Counted from the stretch's first letter, positions 17,909 through 28,499 are shown. The stretch: 64,000 nt of DNA from an uncultured Planctomycetaceae bacterium (GCA_963815195.1 CAWFGE010000012.1:832001-896000); one strand, 5' to 3'. Translations and numbers: made by a program. The notes: a model not told the origin generated them from the sequence alone.

Positions 17909-20689
17909 ATGCCGCATCGCTCAGGCGGCCGCGCACGATTTGCGGTTTGGGTGCTGTTGGGCGTTTGCCTGTTGCTGTCGGACCTGGGGCTTTCCGCAGC
18001 GCGAGCTCAAAACGGCCTGGCGGACCGGTTGGCCCCGCCGCCCGGTCCCTTGCCCGATGGGCCGCGCCGGCCGCTGGAAGAGCCGCTGCCCGCGCCCGCC
18101 ACGCTCAGCGAGCCGTTGGTCGATGTGCGCGTGGAAGGCAACCCGACGATCCCCGCGAGCGCCATCGCCAAGTACATCAAAACCCGCTCCGGCCGGCCGG
18201 CCGACCGCAATCAGATTCGCGAAGACGTCCGCAGCCTGTACGGCACGCGGTGGTTTCTCAGCGTGGAACCCCGCTACCGCCAAACCGATGCCGGGCTGGT
18301 GCTGATCTTCAAAGTCATCGAGCGGCCGATCGTCCAGAAGGTCGAATACCAAGGCAACAACTCGATCAAAACGAAGCACCTCGACGCGATCACCGGCCTC
18401 AAGCGGGGCAGCCCGTTCGATGTCTCGGCGAACCGCGAAGCGGCCCAGGCCATCGAAAAGCATTACCACGAAAAAGGCTTCGCCTTTGCCACGGTCAAAC
18501 TGGCCAAAGGCGGCTCCCGCCAGGACCGCGAAGTCGTGTTCGACATCAAGGAAGGCCCGAAGGTCAAGGTGACGCGGGTGAAGTTTCAAGGGAACGAAGA
18601 CTTCAGCGGGCCGCTGCTCAAGACGAAGCTCCGCACGAAGACGGCGATCTTGTGGGTCTTCGGCGGCAAGTACGATCCGAGCACGTTTCAGGACGACATC
18701 ACGGCCCTCAAACAGTATTACCACAGCCTGGGCTATTTTGATGTGCAGATTAAAGAGAACGTGAGCTTCAACGAGGTGAACTGGGTGCCGTTCTCCAAAC
18801 AGCAATCCCACGCCACCGTGGAATACACGATCGACGAAGGCGTGCGCTACAAGGTGCGGAATATCGATGTTTACGGCGCGCGGGCGATTCCGGAAGACGC
18901 GCTGCGGGCGGACATGGGCCTCAAACAAGGCGAGCATTTCAACGGCCGGTATCTCACCCAGGATATGGAAAACATCAAAGACAAGTACGGCGAACTGGGC
19001 CGGCTGTTTGCCACGGTGGACGCCGTGCCTCGCTTCCTCGAAGAGCCCGGCGTCTGCGACGTGGTCTATCAGATCGATGAAGACAAGATTTACGAATACC
19101 GCCGAATCGATGTGCAGTTCCGGGGCGACCTTCCGCGCACCAAGCGGACCGTGGTGCTCAACCGGATTTTGACCCGGCCCGGGGAACTCGCGAACGCCCG
19201 AGACATCGAAAAGAGCAAAATCCGGCTGGCGGGCTCGCAGTTCTTCGAGCGGGGACCAGGGCCCCAAGCGCCCGCCGTGAAGCTGGTTCGCGTGGGCGAG
19301 GACGCCGCGCCGAGCATGCGCGGTCAAAGCGACGATTCGGCCCCCCGCGCGCCGTTCGGCATGACCCCCGTGGCCCGGCCGCCCTCGACGAACTCGAAAC
19401 CCGCACCGCAACCGAAGAGCCGATTTAACGTCCCGCACTGGAGCAAGCTGGTCGAACCCGAAGAGCGGGCCAAGTTTCCCGATGTGATCGATGTGCTCCA
19501 GGAAGCCGACCCCGAAGACGAGGTGACCATCCGCGGGCAAAGTTTCGGGCCGCCGATTTACGGCCCGCAGAATCCGCTGTTCGACATCAGTCCCAACCCG
19601 GATCCGCTGTCGAATCCCAAGGGCCAGGTGGACGTGATTTACCAGCTCACCGAAGCCCGGACCGGGCGGCTGATGTTCGGGGCGGGCTACAACAGCAGCG
19701 CGGGCGTGGTCGGCTCGATCGTCTTGAGCGAGCAAAACTTCGACCTGTTCCGCTACCCGCGGAGTTTTCAGGACATCGTCGACGGCACCGCGTTCCGCGG
19801 CGGCGGGCAGCAGTTCCGCTTGGAAGCCATTCCGGGCAATCAACTCAGCCGATATACGATCAACTGGACCGACCCCTATTTTCTCGATACGAATTGGAGC
19901 CTGGGCACGAGCGGGTTTTACTATCAACGTTACTTCCAGAATTGGACCGAACACCGGGAAGGCGGCCGCGTCAGCGTTGGCCGGCAGCTCAATCCGTTCT
20001 GGTCCGTCTCCAGTGCCTTGCGGTTGGAGAACGTCAACCTGCAAGACCCCACGGTCCCCACGCCTCAAATCCTCCAGGACTCGTTAGGCGACAACTTCTT
20101 GTCCACAGTTCGCCTTTCCGTCGTGAACGACACCCGCGATTCGGGCTTTTTGCCCGGCGAAGGGCACCGGATCTCCGCCGCTTACGAGCAGGCGTTCGGA
20201 CAGTTCCATTTCCCCCGCGTGGATTTGGATGCCTCGCAATACTTCACACTCTATCGCCGGCCGGACGGCGGCGGGCGGCATATTCTGTCGGTCAACGGCC
20301 AGGCGGGATTGACCGGCAACGACACACCCATTTTTGAACGCTACTTCGCCGGCGGCTTTCAAACCTTCCGCGGGTTTGCCTACCGCGGCCTGGGACCGGC
20401 GCAACTCGGCGTGCGGACCGGGGGCAAGTTCCTCGCCACCGGCTCGGTCCAATACATGTTCCCGATGCTCGTCAACGAATCTGTCCTCGGCGTGGTATTT
20501 ACCGACTTCGGGACCGTGCAGAACGATGTCGCCTTCGACCAGTTCCGCATGTCGGTGGGGGCGGGGCTGCGGGTCAGCGTCCCCGCGTTGGGTCCCGTGC
20601 CCTTGGCCTTCGACTGGGCCTATCCCATCCTCATCCAAGACACCGACCAACGCCGCATCTTCAGCTTCTACGTCGGCCTGAACCGCTAA
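17909..20689 (+). CDS. bamA: Outer-membrane protein assembly factor BamA/Omp85 (start uncertain, 17867 or 17909)
   Basis: Signal peptide, POTRA repeats (V.VEGN, VEYQGN, VKFQGN), EARTGRLMFGAG barrel entry, FAGGFQTFRGF loop-6 motif, GPVPLAFDWAYP. Confidence 0.9.
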   Translation: MPHRSGGRARFAVWVLLGVCLLLSDLGLSAARAQNGLADRLAPPPGPLPDGPRRPLEEPLPAPATLSEPLVDVRVEGNPTIPASAIAKYIKTRSGRPADRNQIREDVRSLYGTRWFLSVEPRYRQTDAGLVLIFKVIERPIVQKVEYQGNNSIKTKHLDAITGLKRGSPFDVSANREAAQAIEKHYHEKGFAFATVKLAKGGSRQDREVVFDIKEGPKVKVTRVKFQGNEDFSGPLLKTKLRTKTAILWVFGGKYDPSTFQDDITALKQYYHSLGYFDVQIKENVSFNEVNWVPFSKQQSHATVEYTIDEGVRYKVRNIDVYGARAIPEDALRADMGLKQGEHFNGRYLTQDMENIKDKYGELGRLFATVDAVPRFLEEPGVCDVVYQIDEDKIYEYRRIDVQFRGDLPRTKRTVVLNRILTRPGELANARDIEKSKIRLAGSQFFERGPGPQAPAVKLVRVGEDAAPSMRGQSDDSAPRAPFGMTPVARPPSTNSKPAPQPKSRFNVPHWSKLVEPEERAKFPDVIDVLQEADPEDEVTIRGQSFGPPIYGPQNPLFDISPNPDPLSNPKGQVDVIYQLTEARTGRLMFGAGYNSSAGVVGSIVLSEQNFDLFRYPRSFQDIVDGTAFRGGGQQFRLEAIPGNQLSRYTINWTDPYFLDTNWSLGTSGFYYQRYFQNWTEHREGGRVSVGRQLNPFWSVSSALRLENVNLQDPTVPTPQILQDSLGDNFLSTVRLSVVNDTRDSGFLPGEGHRISAAYEQAFGQFHFPRVDLDASQYFTLYRRPDGGGRHILSVNGQAGLTGNDTPIFERYFAGGFQTFRGFAYRGLGPAQLGVRTGGKFLATGSVQYMFPMLVNESVLGVVFTDFGTVQNDVAFDQFRMSVGAGLRVSVPALGPVPLAFDWAYPILIQDTDQRRIFSFYVGLNR

Positions 20690-20755
20690 GTGGAATGATT
20701 CATCAGCCGCCGGGCTTGCTGCGTCAAACCAAAAACTTGGGGGTTGAAGAAACTC

Positions 20756-20838
20756 GCCGCCGGGGGCACCGCCCGCAGGGTGGTCCGCCCCGGTTCTTCT
20801 TCGGCTTCACCGAATTAGCCGCAGGGCGCTAGCCTGGG
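20756..20838. repeat. Cluster of REP-like palindromes after bamA
   Basis: 22-nt module GGGCACCGCCCGCAGGGTGGTC (20764-20785), plus TTAGCCGCAGGGCGCTAGCC, which is the reverse complement of the unit at about 61853-61872. Confidence 0.7.
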
Positions 20839-20921
20839 CTGTTAAAATATTGGTATTGAAGTCTAAAAACGCGGGTTCTGGCTTGCGCCACCTGTGTTCT
20901 CGTTTCTTTTTGGAATGCATT

Positions 20922-21149
20922 AGGGCCGAAGGCCCGGCTCTATGTCAGCCCAGGACAAGCGCCGCGCCGCCCTGGGTTACGGATGATCAATCAAACGCAA
21001 GCCCCAAGGGGGCGGCCCTATGTGGCAACTCTCGCCACGGAACAAGGCATTGTGTATTTCGGATTTAGGGCCGCCCCGTTGGGGCTTTTGGATTCTGTTC
21101 GTTCGTGTTTCCCAGGGCTGACCTAGGGCCGGACCTTCGGTCCTTTTTC
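20922..21149. repeat. Long composite palindromic repeat of about 230 bp (BIME/REPIN or MITE-like), copy 1
   Basis: Terminal arms AGGGCCGAAGGCCCGGC and GCCGGACCTTCGGTCCT; inner arms GCCCCAAGGGGGCGGCCCTA and TAGGGCCGCCCCGTTGGGGC; an inverted copy lies at 34683-34918. Confidence 0.85.
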
Positions 21150-21416
21150 TCAAATCTGAAACAGTTGAATTTACGAACGGTAGAAAAGCTGCGCAAAGAC
21201 AAATCGGTGTCAACACCAAATTTTTGACGGCCCAGCGCTAGCCGCCCCGGCTAGCGCCGGTTCATGAAGAACCGGACGTTCGCCCGATCCGGCTGATCCA
21301 GCCTTTCGGCGTTGACAATCGCGGCAATTCGCTCCGCTTCGCTGTTGGATTCTGGTCCCACGTGGTAAGCTCGGCCTGTTTCGGGAACACCTCTGCGACC
21401 AACCGGGGAGACGGAC

Positions 21417-22991
21417 TTGGGTTTCGACTTAGTGATTGTCGGCGGGATGGTGATTGATGGCAGCGGCGTCCCCCGCAAGCGGGCCGACGTGGGAATCACC
21501 GGAAGCCGCATTACCGCGGTCGGAGATCTATCGGCCACCGACGCCGGGCGGGTGATCGACGCCGCGGGCCGCATCGTCGCTCCCGGCTTTATCGATGTCC
21601 ACACCCACATGGACGGTTGGTTGCTCAAGCGGTCCCATGTGCCCTCCAAAACGCTGCAAGGGTTTACGACCGAGATCATCGGACTCGACGGCATTTCTTA
21701 TTTTCCGGTCAATCCGCAAACCGCCAAGGAATGGCTGTTCTATCTGCGGGCGCTCGACGGACTTCAACTCAGTGACTACGAAGGTTGGCAGAGCCTGGGC
21801 GAATTTCTCGACTGTCTTTCGGGCCGAAACGTGCAAAACGCCGCGACGCATATTCCCTACGCCAACGTCCGCAGCCTCGCGTGCGGCTTTGGCCGCGGTT
21901 CGGTCGATGACTTTCAGATGCGGCAGATCAAATCGCTCGTCCGGCAAGGAATGGAGCAGGGAGCAGTCGGCCTTTCCACGGGTCTCGATTACATCGTGCA
22001 ATGTTTCGCCACCACGGACGAGTTGGCGGAAGTTTGCGAAGTCGTGGCGGAATATGGCGGGCTGTATGCGACGCATATCCGCTACAAAACCGGCGTAATG
22101 CGCGCAATCCGCGAAGCGGTGGAGATCGGCAAACGGTCGGGCGTGAAGGTGCACATCTCCCATCTCAAAGCCGTCGCCGCCGCGGTCGTCGATGAGATTC
22201 TGGACTACATCGACAAGGAAGCCCGGCACGAGGTGGATTTCTCGTTCGACGTTTATCCCTATCAGCCCGGCTCGACGATGCTCAGCTATTTGATGCCCTA
22301 CGATGCCTGGGCCGACGGCCCGATCGCCGCGGCCGCCAAGCTTCGCGACCCGGCGCTCGCGGCCCGGTTCCACGCAGGATTGCTGCTCCACCGATTGCCG
22401 CTGGATCGGATTCACATTGCCTGGGTCGCCGGCAAGGAGAACAGCATCCACCAGGGAATGCTCGTCAGCGATTACATCGCCCAAACCGGCCTGTCGGAAG
22501 AGGAAGCCCTCACCAATCTCCTGCAGGAAGAACGCCTGGCGGTGCTGCTGGTGTTCCGCGAAGGCGACGACAAACTCGTGCTCCCCTTACTACAACATGA
22601 TCTCTACATGATGGGCACCGACGGCATCTATCACCCCGACGGCGTGATTCATCCCCGCCAATATGGTTCGGCGGGCCGATTGTTGGGGCCTTTGGTGCGG
22701 GATGAGAAGCTATTTACGCTCGAAGCCGCGGTTCACAAACTCAGCGGCCGGGCGGCGGAGCGGTTCGGTTTAAAAGATCGCGGCAAGATCCAAGAAAACG
22801 CCGCCGCCGACGTGGTGGTCTTCGATCCCGAAACCATCAGCGACCGAGCCACCATGACCGACCCGCACCAACATTGCGTCGGGATGGAAACGGTGATCGT
22901 CAACGGCGTCGTCATTGTGGAGAACGCCACGCCTGTCGAAACGCTCCAAGCTCCCTATCCCGGCCGGTCTTTGCGAGCCGAGATGAGGTAG
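21417..22991 (+). CDS. N-acyl-D-amino-acid deacylase (amidohydrolase)
   Basis: VAPGFIDVHTHMD, GLSTGLDY, HISHLK, HPRQYGS, ADVVVFDP. Confidence 0.9.
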   Translation: MGFDLVIVGGMVIDGSGVPRKRADVGITGSRITAVGDLSATDAGRVIDAAGRIVAPGFIDVHTHMDGWLLKRSHVPSKTLQGFTTEIIGLDGISYFPVNPQTAKEWLFYLRALDGLQLSDYEGWQSLGEFLDCLSGRNVQNAATHIPYANVRSLACGFGRGSVDDFQMRQIKSLVRQGMEQGAVGLSTGLDYIVQCFATTDELAEVCEVVAEYGGLYATHIRYKTGVMRAIREAVEIGKRSGVKVHISHLKAVAAAVVDEILDYIDKEARHEVDFSFDVYPYQPGSTMLSYLMPYDAWADGPIAAAAKLRDPALAARFHAGLLLHRLPLDRIHIAWVAGKENSIHQGMLVSDYIAQTGLSEEEALTNLLQEERLAVLLVFREGDDKLVLPLLQHDLYMMGTDGIYHPDGVIHPRQYGSAGRLLGPLVRDEKLFTLEAAVHKLSGRAAERFGLKDRGKIQENAAADVVVFDPETISDRATMTDPHQHCVGMETVIVNGVVIVENATPVETLQAPYPGRSLRAEMR

Positions 22992-23237
22992 CGGAAGGGG
23001 CACAGGCCACAAAGGGCAAAGGGATTTTCCCCACTTTCCTTGTTCCCAAGATCCAGCTTCTCCCCTCGTTCCCTGCTTGGGATCGCACTGTCGCGAAGCT
23101 CCGCTTCGCAACGCGTCGTGCCACCCACGGTCCCGCCTGCTTTTGAAACACACACTCGTTACACTCAAAGCAGTTCTCCAAATCGAAAAAGCCGTTGGAA
23201 TGACCGTTGGTCAAAAGCGTGACGCCAGGACCAGGAC

Positions 23238-24893
23238 ATGACAGGCGAATCACCGGAAACAGGCATTGCCTACGAGTTGGCCTCCCGGCAGCGGGACATC
23301 TCGGTGGCGGAGTTCTTTCTGAAGAACCGCCACCTTCTGGGGTTCGATTCCCTTTCTAAGGCCCTGTTGACCACGGTGAAAGAGGCCGTGGACAACGCGC
23401 TCGACGCTTGCGAGGAGGCCGACATTCTTCCGGAAATCCAGGTCGAAGTCACGAACATCCGAAGCAACCTGTTCCGCGTGGTGGTCGAGGACAATGGCCC
23501 CGGAATCGTCCAGCAGCAGATCGGGCGGATCTTCGGCAAGCTGCTCTACGGATCGAAGTTCCATAAGCTGAGCCAGTCGCGCGGCCAGCAGGGAATGGGC
23601 ATTTCGGCCGCCGGGATGTATGCGCAGCTGACCACCGGCAAGCCGATGCACATTCTGAGCCGCGTCGAAGGCGAACCGACGGCGACCGAATTGTTCGTGC
23701 AGATCGACACGGCCAAGAACCGGCCGGAGATCCACAAGAAAAAGCAGGTCGAATGGGATCGGCCGCACGGCACGCGCGTGGAAGTGGAGATGGAAGGCTC
23801 TTTTCATAAAGGCCAACATTCCATCGGAGCCTACTTGCAGCAGACGGCCATCGCCAACCCGCATGTGACGATTCGATTCCAGGATCCGCAAGAGGCGCAG
23901 ACGGACTTCGAGCGCACCAGCAGCAGTCTGCCCACGCGACCGTCCGAGATCAAGCCGCACCCGCACGGCGTGGAACTGGGGCGGCTGATTCAAATGCTGA
24001 ACCACACCCAAAGCCGAACGCTGTTGCATTTTCTCGAACGCGAGTTTTCCCGCGTGGGTCGAAAAACGGCGCGGGCGATCATCGAGAAAGCCGGGAAGAG
24101 CGTCAACGAGCGGTCGTCTCCCCGCCGCATCGCCCACGCCGAGGCGAATGCCTTATACCGGGCGATTCAAAAGGTGCGGATCTCGGCCCCGCAAACGAAT
24201 TGTCTCGTACCGATCGGCGAAGAGCGGCTGCTCGCGGGTTTAAAGACGCAGGTGGACGCCGACTTTTATTGTTCCATCACGCGCCCGCCCGCCGTTTATC
24301 GCGGCAATCCCTTTCAGGTGGAAATCGGCGTCGCCTACGGCCGCCGGGGCGGTTTGCATTTGGAAATGGATGAAGAGGGGCACATCCAACAGATAAAACG
24401 AGACGACGGCAGCAGTTCGGCCCTCGTGCCTCACGCGAGCGAACCGGCGGAACTCCTGAGATTCGCGAACCGGGTGCCGCTGCTTTACGATCAGGCCGGG
24501 TGTGCCATCACCCGCGCGGTGGTTCAGACCAACTGGCGGACCTATGGCGTTCAGCAAACAAAGGGGGCATTGCCGCTGGCCCCGCTGGTGATCCTGGTAC
24601 ACGTCGCCTCGGTTTGGGTTCCGTTTACCTCGGAGGCCAAAGAAGCGATCGCCGCCTATCCGGAAATGCTCAAGGAGCTTAAATTGGGGCTGCAAGAATG
24701 CGGCCGACGACTCGCCGGCCATCTGCGGCGCGAGGCGCGGGTTAAGGGAGAATACGAGAAGCGGGCCCGCATCGGAAAGTACCTGGCCCACGTCGGCATT
24801 GCGCTGCAGGAGATCCTCGATTGGGACGAGGAAACGCGGCAAGAGGCCGTCCAACAACTCACCGAAGTCCTCGAACGCACGCGAAGAATCTGA
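23238..24893 (+). CDS. top6B: DNA topoisomerase VI subunit B
   Basis: SVAEFFLKNRHLLGF, KEAVDNALDACEE, EDNGPGI, QSRGQQGMGISAA (GHKL fold), KPHPHGVE, RFANRVPLLY, VPFTSEAKEAI. Confidence 0.95.
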   Translation: MTGESPETGIAYELASRQRDISVAEFFLKNRHLLGFDSLSKALLTTVKEAVDNALDACEEADILPEIQVEVTNIRSNLFRVVVEDNGPGIVQQQIGRIFGKLLYGSKFHKLSQSRGQQGMGISAAGMYAQLTTGKPMHILSRVEGEPTATELFVQIDTAKNRPEIHKKKQVEWDRPHGTRVEVEMEGSFHKGQHSIGAYLQQTAIANPHVTIRFQDPQEAQTDFERTSSSLPTRPSEIKPHPHGVELGRLIQMLNHTQSRTLLHFLEREFSRVGRKTARAIIEKAGKSVNERSSPRRIAHAEANALYRAIQKVRISAPQTNCLVPIGEERLLAGLKTQVDADFYCSITRPPAVYRGNPFQVEIGVAYGRRGGLHLEMDEEGHIQQIKRDDGSSSALVPHASEPAELLRFANRVPLLYDQAGCAITRAVVQTNWRTYGVQQTKGALPLAPLVILVHVASVWVPFTSEAKEAIAAYPEMLKELKLGLQECGRRLAGHLRREARVKGEYEKRARIGKYLAHVGIALQEILDWDEETRQEAVQQLTEVLERTRRI

Positions 24894-26029
24894 TGGACGA
24901 GCACGAGCAAAACCCTGCGGAAGACGCGTTGGATGCGGAGACGATCGCCTTCATCGATGCCATTGCCGGGGCCGTTTATGAAAGCATTCTTGCCGGGGAG
25001 CGGCCTTCGATCGAAATGCTCGTCCGCAGCCTGCGGAATGTGACCTATGATCCGGAGAAGGGTTATCTCGAACTGGGGGGCATCCGCAAACGGCGCACGC
25101 TGACCGTCAACACGGTGCGTTCGTTCGCCCAGACGCTGCGATTGATGGCGGTGTCGCGGGGCATGGTGCAAAACCACGACTTTGCCACCAAACGCGAAGC
25201 CTACTACGTCAGCAAGAACTGGGGAGACTGCCGCTTCGACAGTCAGACCGAGTCGGACGCCGTGATGGACGACATCGAGGCGCTGGCTTCGATGCACGGA
25301 CTCTCCCGGGAGCAGCTGCGATTCTTCGCCGAGTCGCATGGAGGCGCGGTCGCGGGGGAACTGACCGTCATCGACGCCGATCCGGAAACCGCAGAGGACC
25401 TTGAAATCGACTGCCGCAAATTGGGCAGCGGAGCCTACACGATTCCCCGTTCCGTGGAGCACCTCCGCTTTCAAACGGACGCGGAATTCCTACTCGCCAT
25501 TGAAACGGGCGGCATGTTCCAGCGGCTGAACAATCACCGCTACTGGAAAACGGCCCGCTGCATTCTGGTCGAGATGGGCGGCGTGCCCACCCGGGCGACC
25601 CGGCGATTTATCCGCCGGTTGTCCGATGCGACCGATGTTCCGGTTTACTGTTTCGTGGACTGCGATCCGTACGGGTTCGCGAACATTTACCGCACCCTGA
25701 AAGTCGGCTCGGGGAACGCGGCCCACATCAACCAGTTCTTCTGCGTCCCCCGCGCGAGATTCCTGGGCGTGACGCCGCAGGACATCCTCCACTTCGGCTT
25801 GGAAGATGCGACCCATCCTCTGACCAAAACCGACATCAAGCGGGCTCGCGATGCCCTCGCCAACGATCCGTTCTTCACGGCGCATCCCCTGTGGATCGCC
25901 GCGATCGAGCAGCTTCTGCAAATGGGCGTCCGCGCCGAGCAGCAGGCCTTGGCCAAATGGGGGTTGAATTATGTGATCGAAGAGTATCTCCCACAGAAGC
26001 TCAAAAGCAGCGAAGGTTTTTTGCCGTAG
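24893..26029 (+). CDS. top6A: DNA topoisomerase VI subunit A (Spo11-like)
   Basis: TGATG coupling to subunit B; TKREAYY catalytic tyrosine region; TOPRIM motifs AIETGGMF and FVDCDPYG; KVGSGNAAH; AEQQAL. Confidence 0.95.
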   Translation: MDEHEQNPAEDALDAETIAFIDAIAGAVYESILAGERPSIEMLVRSLRNVTYDPEKGYLELGGIRKRRTLTVNTVRSFAQTLRLMAVSRGMVQNHDFATKREAYYVSKNWGDCRFDSQTESDAVMDDIEALASMHGLSREQLRFFAESHGGAVAGELTVIDADPETAEDLEIDCRKLGSGAYTIPRSVEHLRFQTDAEFLLAIETGGMFQRLNNHRYWKTARCILVEMGGVPTRATRRFIRRLSDATDVPVYCFVDCDPYGFANIYRTLKVGSGNAAHINQFFCVPRARFLGVTPQDILHFGLEDATHPLTKTDIKRARDALANDPFFTAHPLWIAAIEQLLQMGVRAEQQALAKWGLNYVIEEYLPQKLKSSEGFLP

Positions 26030-26167
26030 GGCTTTGTGAGGGCGAAATCTTCGGGTCAAGTCTCGAACCAGCGTTGCAATCTGCGGGTGACATGCGGAAT
26101 AATGGATAACACGCTCCAATAATCGCCGGCGTGGACCCCCGCTTGTCCCGATGTAGAACGGGCCCTT

Positions 26168-26629
26168 ATGTTTACGCAAACCGTGGAATACGCGCTCCGG
26201 GCGATGGTTTGTCTCGCCAACTCCGAGGGCCTTCAGCAAACCCGCGCCCAGTTGGTCGAGCAGACGAAAGTCCCCTCCGCTTATTTGGCCAAGGTCATGC
26301 GGGAATTGAACCGCGCCGGTTTGGTGCATGCCCAGCGGGGCGTCAACGGGGGCTTCACGTTGACCAAGGCAGCCGAAGAGATTTCGCTGCTCGCCGTCGT
26401 GAGCGCGGTCGATCCCTTGCCCCGCATTCGCACCTGCCCGCTCAACCTGCGAAACCACGGCAGCCGTCTGTGCGGGCTGCACCGCTACCTGGACGATTCG
26501 ATGGCGGCTTTGGAAGCGTCCCTGGCCCGAAAAACGCTGGCCGATCTTGTCGCCGAGAAAACGGGCAGCATTCCGCTCTGCGAAGAAGCGCCGCCGGGAG
26601 TTCCTCTGCATAATCTCGACTTGAGGTAA
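26168..26629 (+). CDS. Rrf2 family transcriptional regulator
   Basis: QTVEYALRAM, YLAKVM, RGVNGGFTL, Cys cluster CPL...LCGLH...PLC. Confidence 0.92.
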   Translation: MFTQTVEYALRAMVCLANSEGLQQTRAQLVEQTKVPSAYLAKVMRELNRAGLVHAQRGVNGGFTLTKAAEEISLLAVVSAVDPLPRIRTCPLNLRNHGSRLCGLHRYLDDSMAALEASLARKTLADLVAEKTGSIPLCEEAPPGVPLHNLDLR

Positions 26630-26738
26630 CCTGGGGTCATCGACCGCACGCTGATGTTGTGCGGGTGGAGGCGGGCTTTTAGAATTTCCCGCACTGAAAA
26701 CGAACGGGATTCAAGGAAATCTTGCGGGGGAAAGTCAC

Positions 26739-27278
26739 ATGTCCCAATGGCGGGTGGCGATCGGCCAGAAGCAGTACGGGCCGTATTCGCTGGAGAAGCT
26801 GCGGCAAATCTACGAGGAAGGCCGCGTGCCGGCGGATGCGCAGATTTGGCACCCCGAACGACAGCAGTGGATCGTCGCCGAGGAGGTGCCGGAACTGAAC
26901 CCCCACGCCGCGGACAGCGACAGCGTGGTCATCATGGAAGAAGCCCCCGCGATCCCGCGCGAGACGGTCCGGCCCGTGCAAAAGCCGGCGGGAGGCTCGG
27001 AGGGGACGGTGATGGAGTACTTGACGTTCCGGCGGATGATCACGCCGATCATCATTCAGATCATCTTCTGGATCGGAGCCGCGCTTGCCAGTTTGAGCGG
27101 CATCGGCCTGATCATCGCCAGTTTCAAAATGAAAGAAGTCGGCGGCATGTTTGTGGGCTTTTTCGCGATGATCCTCGGACCCGTCGTCGTGCGGATCTAC
27201 TGCGAGCTGCTCATCATCTTTTTCCGCATGAACGAGACGCTCACCGAGATCCGCAACGAACTCAAGCGGCCTTCCTGA
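26739..27278 (+). CDS. GYF_2 (DUF4339) plus DUF4282 membrane protein
   Basis: QYGPYSLEKL...QIW...W N-terminal domain; FRRMITPIIIQIIFW...RIYCELLIIFFRMNETL C-terminal domain. Confidence 0.8.
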   Translation: MSQWRVAIGQKQYGPYSLEKLRQIYEEGRVPADAQIWHPERQQWIVAEEVPELNPHAADSDSVVIMEEAPAIPRETVRPVQKPAGGSEGTVMEYLTFRRMITPIIIQIIFWIGAALASLSGIGLIIASFKMKEVGGMFVGFFAMILGPVVVRIYCELLIIFFRMNETLTEIRNELKRPS

Positions 27279-27293
27279 CCCAGCGGCGGCGGT

Positions 27294-28499
27294 TCATTTC
27301 GCGCTCTTGAGAAACATCTCGAGGCGATCGAGGCCTGCTTTGAGGGTGTCCATGCCGGTCGCGAACGAGAGGCGGACGTAGCCGGGCGCGCCAAACGCGT
27401 CGCCGGTGACGACGGCGACGTGGGCTTCGTTCAACAGGGCCGTGCAGAAATCGCTGGCGTTATCCACCGGGCGTTGATCTTCGCCCAAAGGCCGATGGAA
27501 ATACCGGCTGACGTTGAAGAACGCATAAAACGCCCCGCCGGGGTCGGCGAGTGAAATCTCGGGCAGGGCTTTCAGACGTTTGAGGACGTAGTCCCGCCGC
27601 TCCGCGAAGGCTCTTTGCATTTCGGCCACGCAGTCTTGAGGACCGTTCAAAGCGGCGATCGCGGCGTATTGGCTGATGCTGCACGGGTTCGAGGTCTCCT
27701 GACTTTGCAGCTTGGCCATTGCGGAGGTGAACCCTTCGGGAGCCAGCGTCCAGCCGATCCGCCAACCGGTCATGGCGTAGGCTTTGCTCACGCCGCTGAC
27801 AATGATCGTCCGTTTGGCGACTTCTTCGCCGAAGGTGGCAAAGCTGCGAAACTCCGAGCCTTTATAAATCAGCTTTTCATAGATTTCATCCGAGAGCACG
27901 GTCACATCGTTCTCAACCGCGACCTGGGCAATCTCGGCAAGGGTTTGGACGGGATAAGCCGCCCCGGTGGGGTTGCAGGGGTTGTTGAGCATCAACAGCT
28001 TCGTTTTGGGCGTGATCGCCGCCGCGAATTGATCGGCGGACATGCAGAACCCGCTGTCTTGCGTGGTTTCCACGATGATGGGCGTCGCACCGGTGAGTTC
28101 CACAAGGGCGCTGTAGCTGACCCAATAGGGCGCGGGGATGATGACTTCATCCCCGGGGCCGCACATGGCGGTCAGCACATTGTGGATGGAATGCTTCGCC
28201 CCGTTGGAGACGGCGACTTCGCTGGGCTTATACTGCAATCCGCAATCCCGCGCATAGGCATCGACGATGGCTTGCTTCAGTTCGGGAATGCCGGTCGCCG
28301 GGGTGTAGTGGGTGTGGCCGGCGTCCATCGCGGCTTTGGCGGCTTCGCAGATGTGGACGGGCGTCGTGAAGTCCGGTTCGCCCAGCGTGAAATCGTAAAC
28401 CGTCACGCCGGTGGCCTTGAGGGCTTTGGCGAGAGCGGCGGCGGCCATGGTGGCGGAGGGCTTGAGTTTTTGAACGGTGCAGGAAAGCGGGATCGGCAT
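27294..28499 (-). CDS. PLP-dependent class I aminotransferase (aspartate aminotransferase-like)
   Basis: LGEPDF, NGAKHS, NNPCNPTG, SDEIY, SKAYAMTGWRIG, RLSFA. Confidence 0.95.
   Translation of the reverse strand: MPIPLSCTVQKLKPSATMAAAALAKALKATGVTVYDFTLGEPDFTTPVHICEAAKAAMDAGHTHYTPATGIPELKQAIVDAYARDCGLQYKPSEVAVSNGAKHSIHNVLTAMCGPGDEVIIPAPYWVSYSALVELTGATPIIVETTQDSGFCMSADQFAAAITPKTKLLMLNNPCNPTGAAYPVQTLAEIAQVAVENDVTVLSDEIYEKLIYKGSEFRSFATFGEEVAKRTIIVSGVSKAYAMTGWRIGWTLAPEGFTSAMAKLQSQETSNPCSISQYAAIAALNGPQDCVAEMQRAFAERRDYVLKRLKALPEISLADPGGAFYAFFNVSRYFHRPLGEDQRPVDNASDFCTALLNEAHVAVVTGDAFGAPGYVRLSFATGMDTLKAGLDRLEMFLKSAK

Noticed and set aside
20922..21149. CRISPR array or autonomous IS element
   Set aside because: No regularly spaced direct repeats with unique spacers, no cas genes and no transposase ORF; this is a non-coding palindromic repeat.
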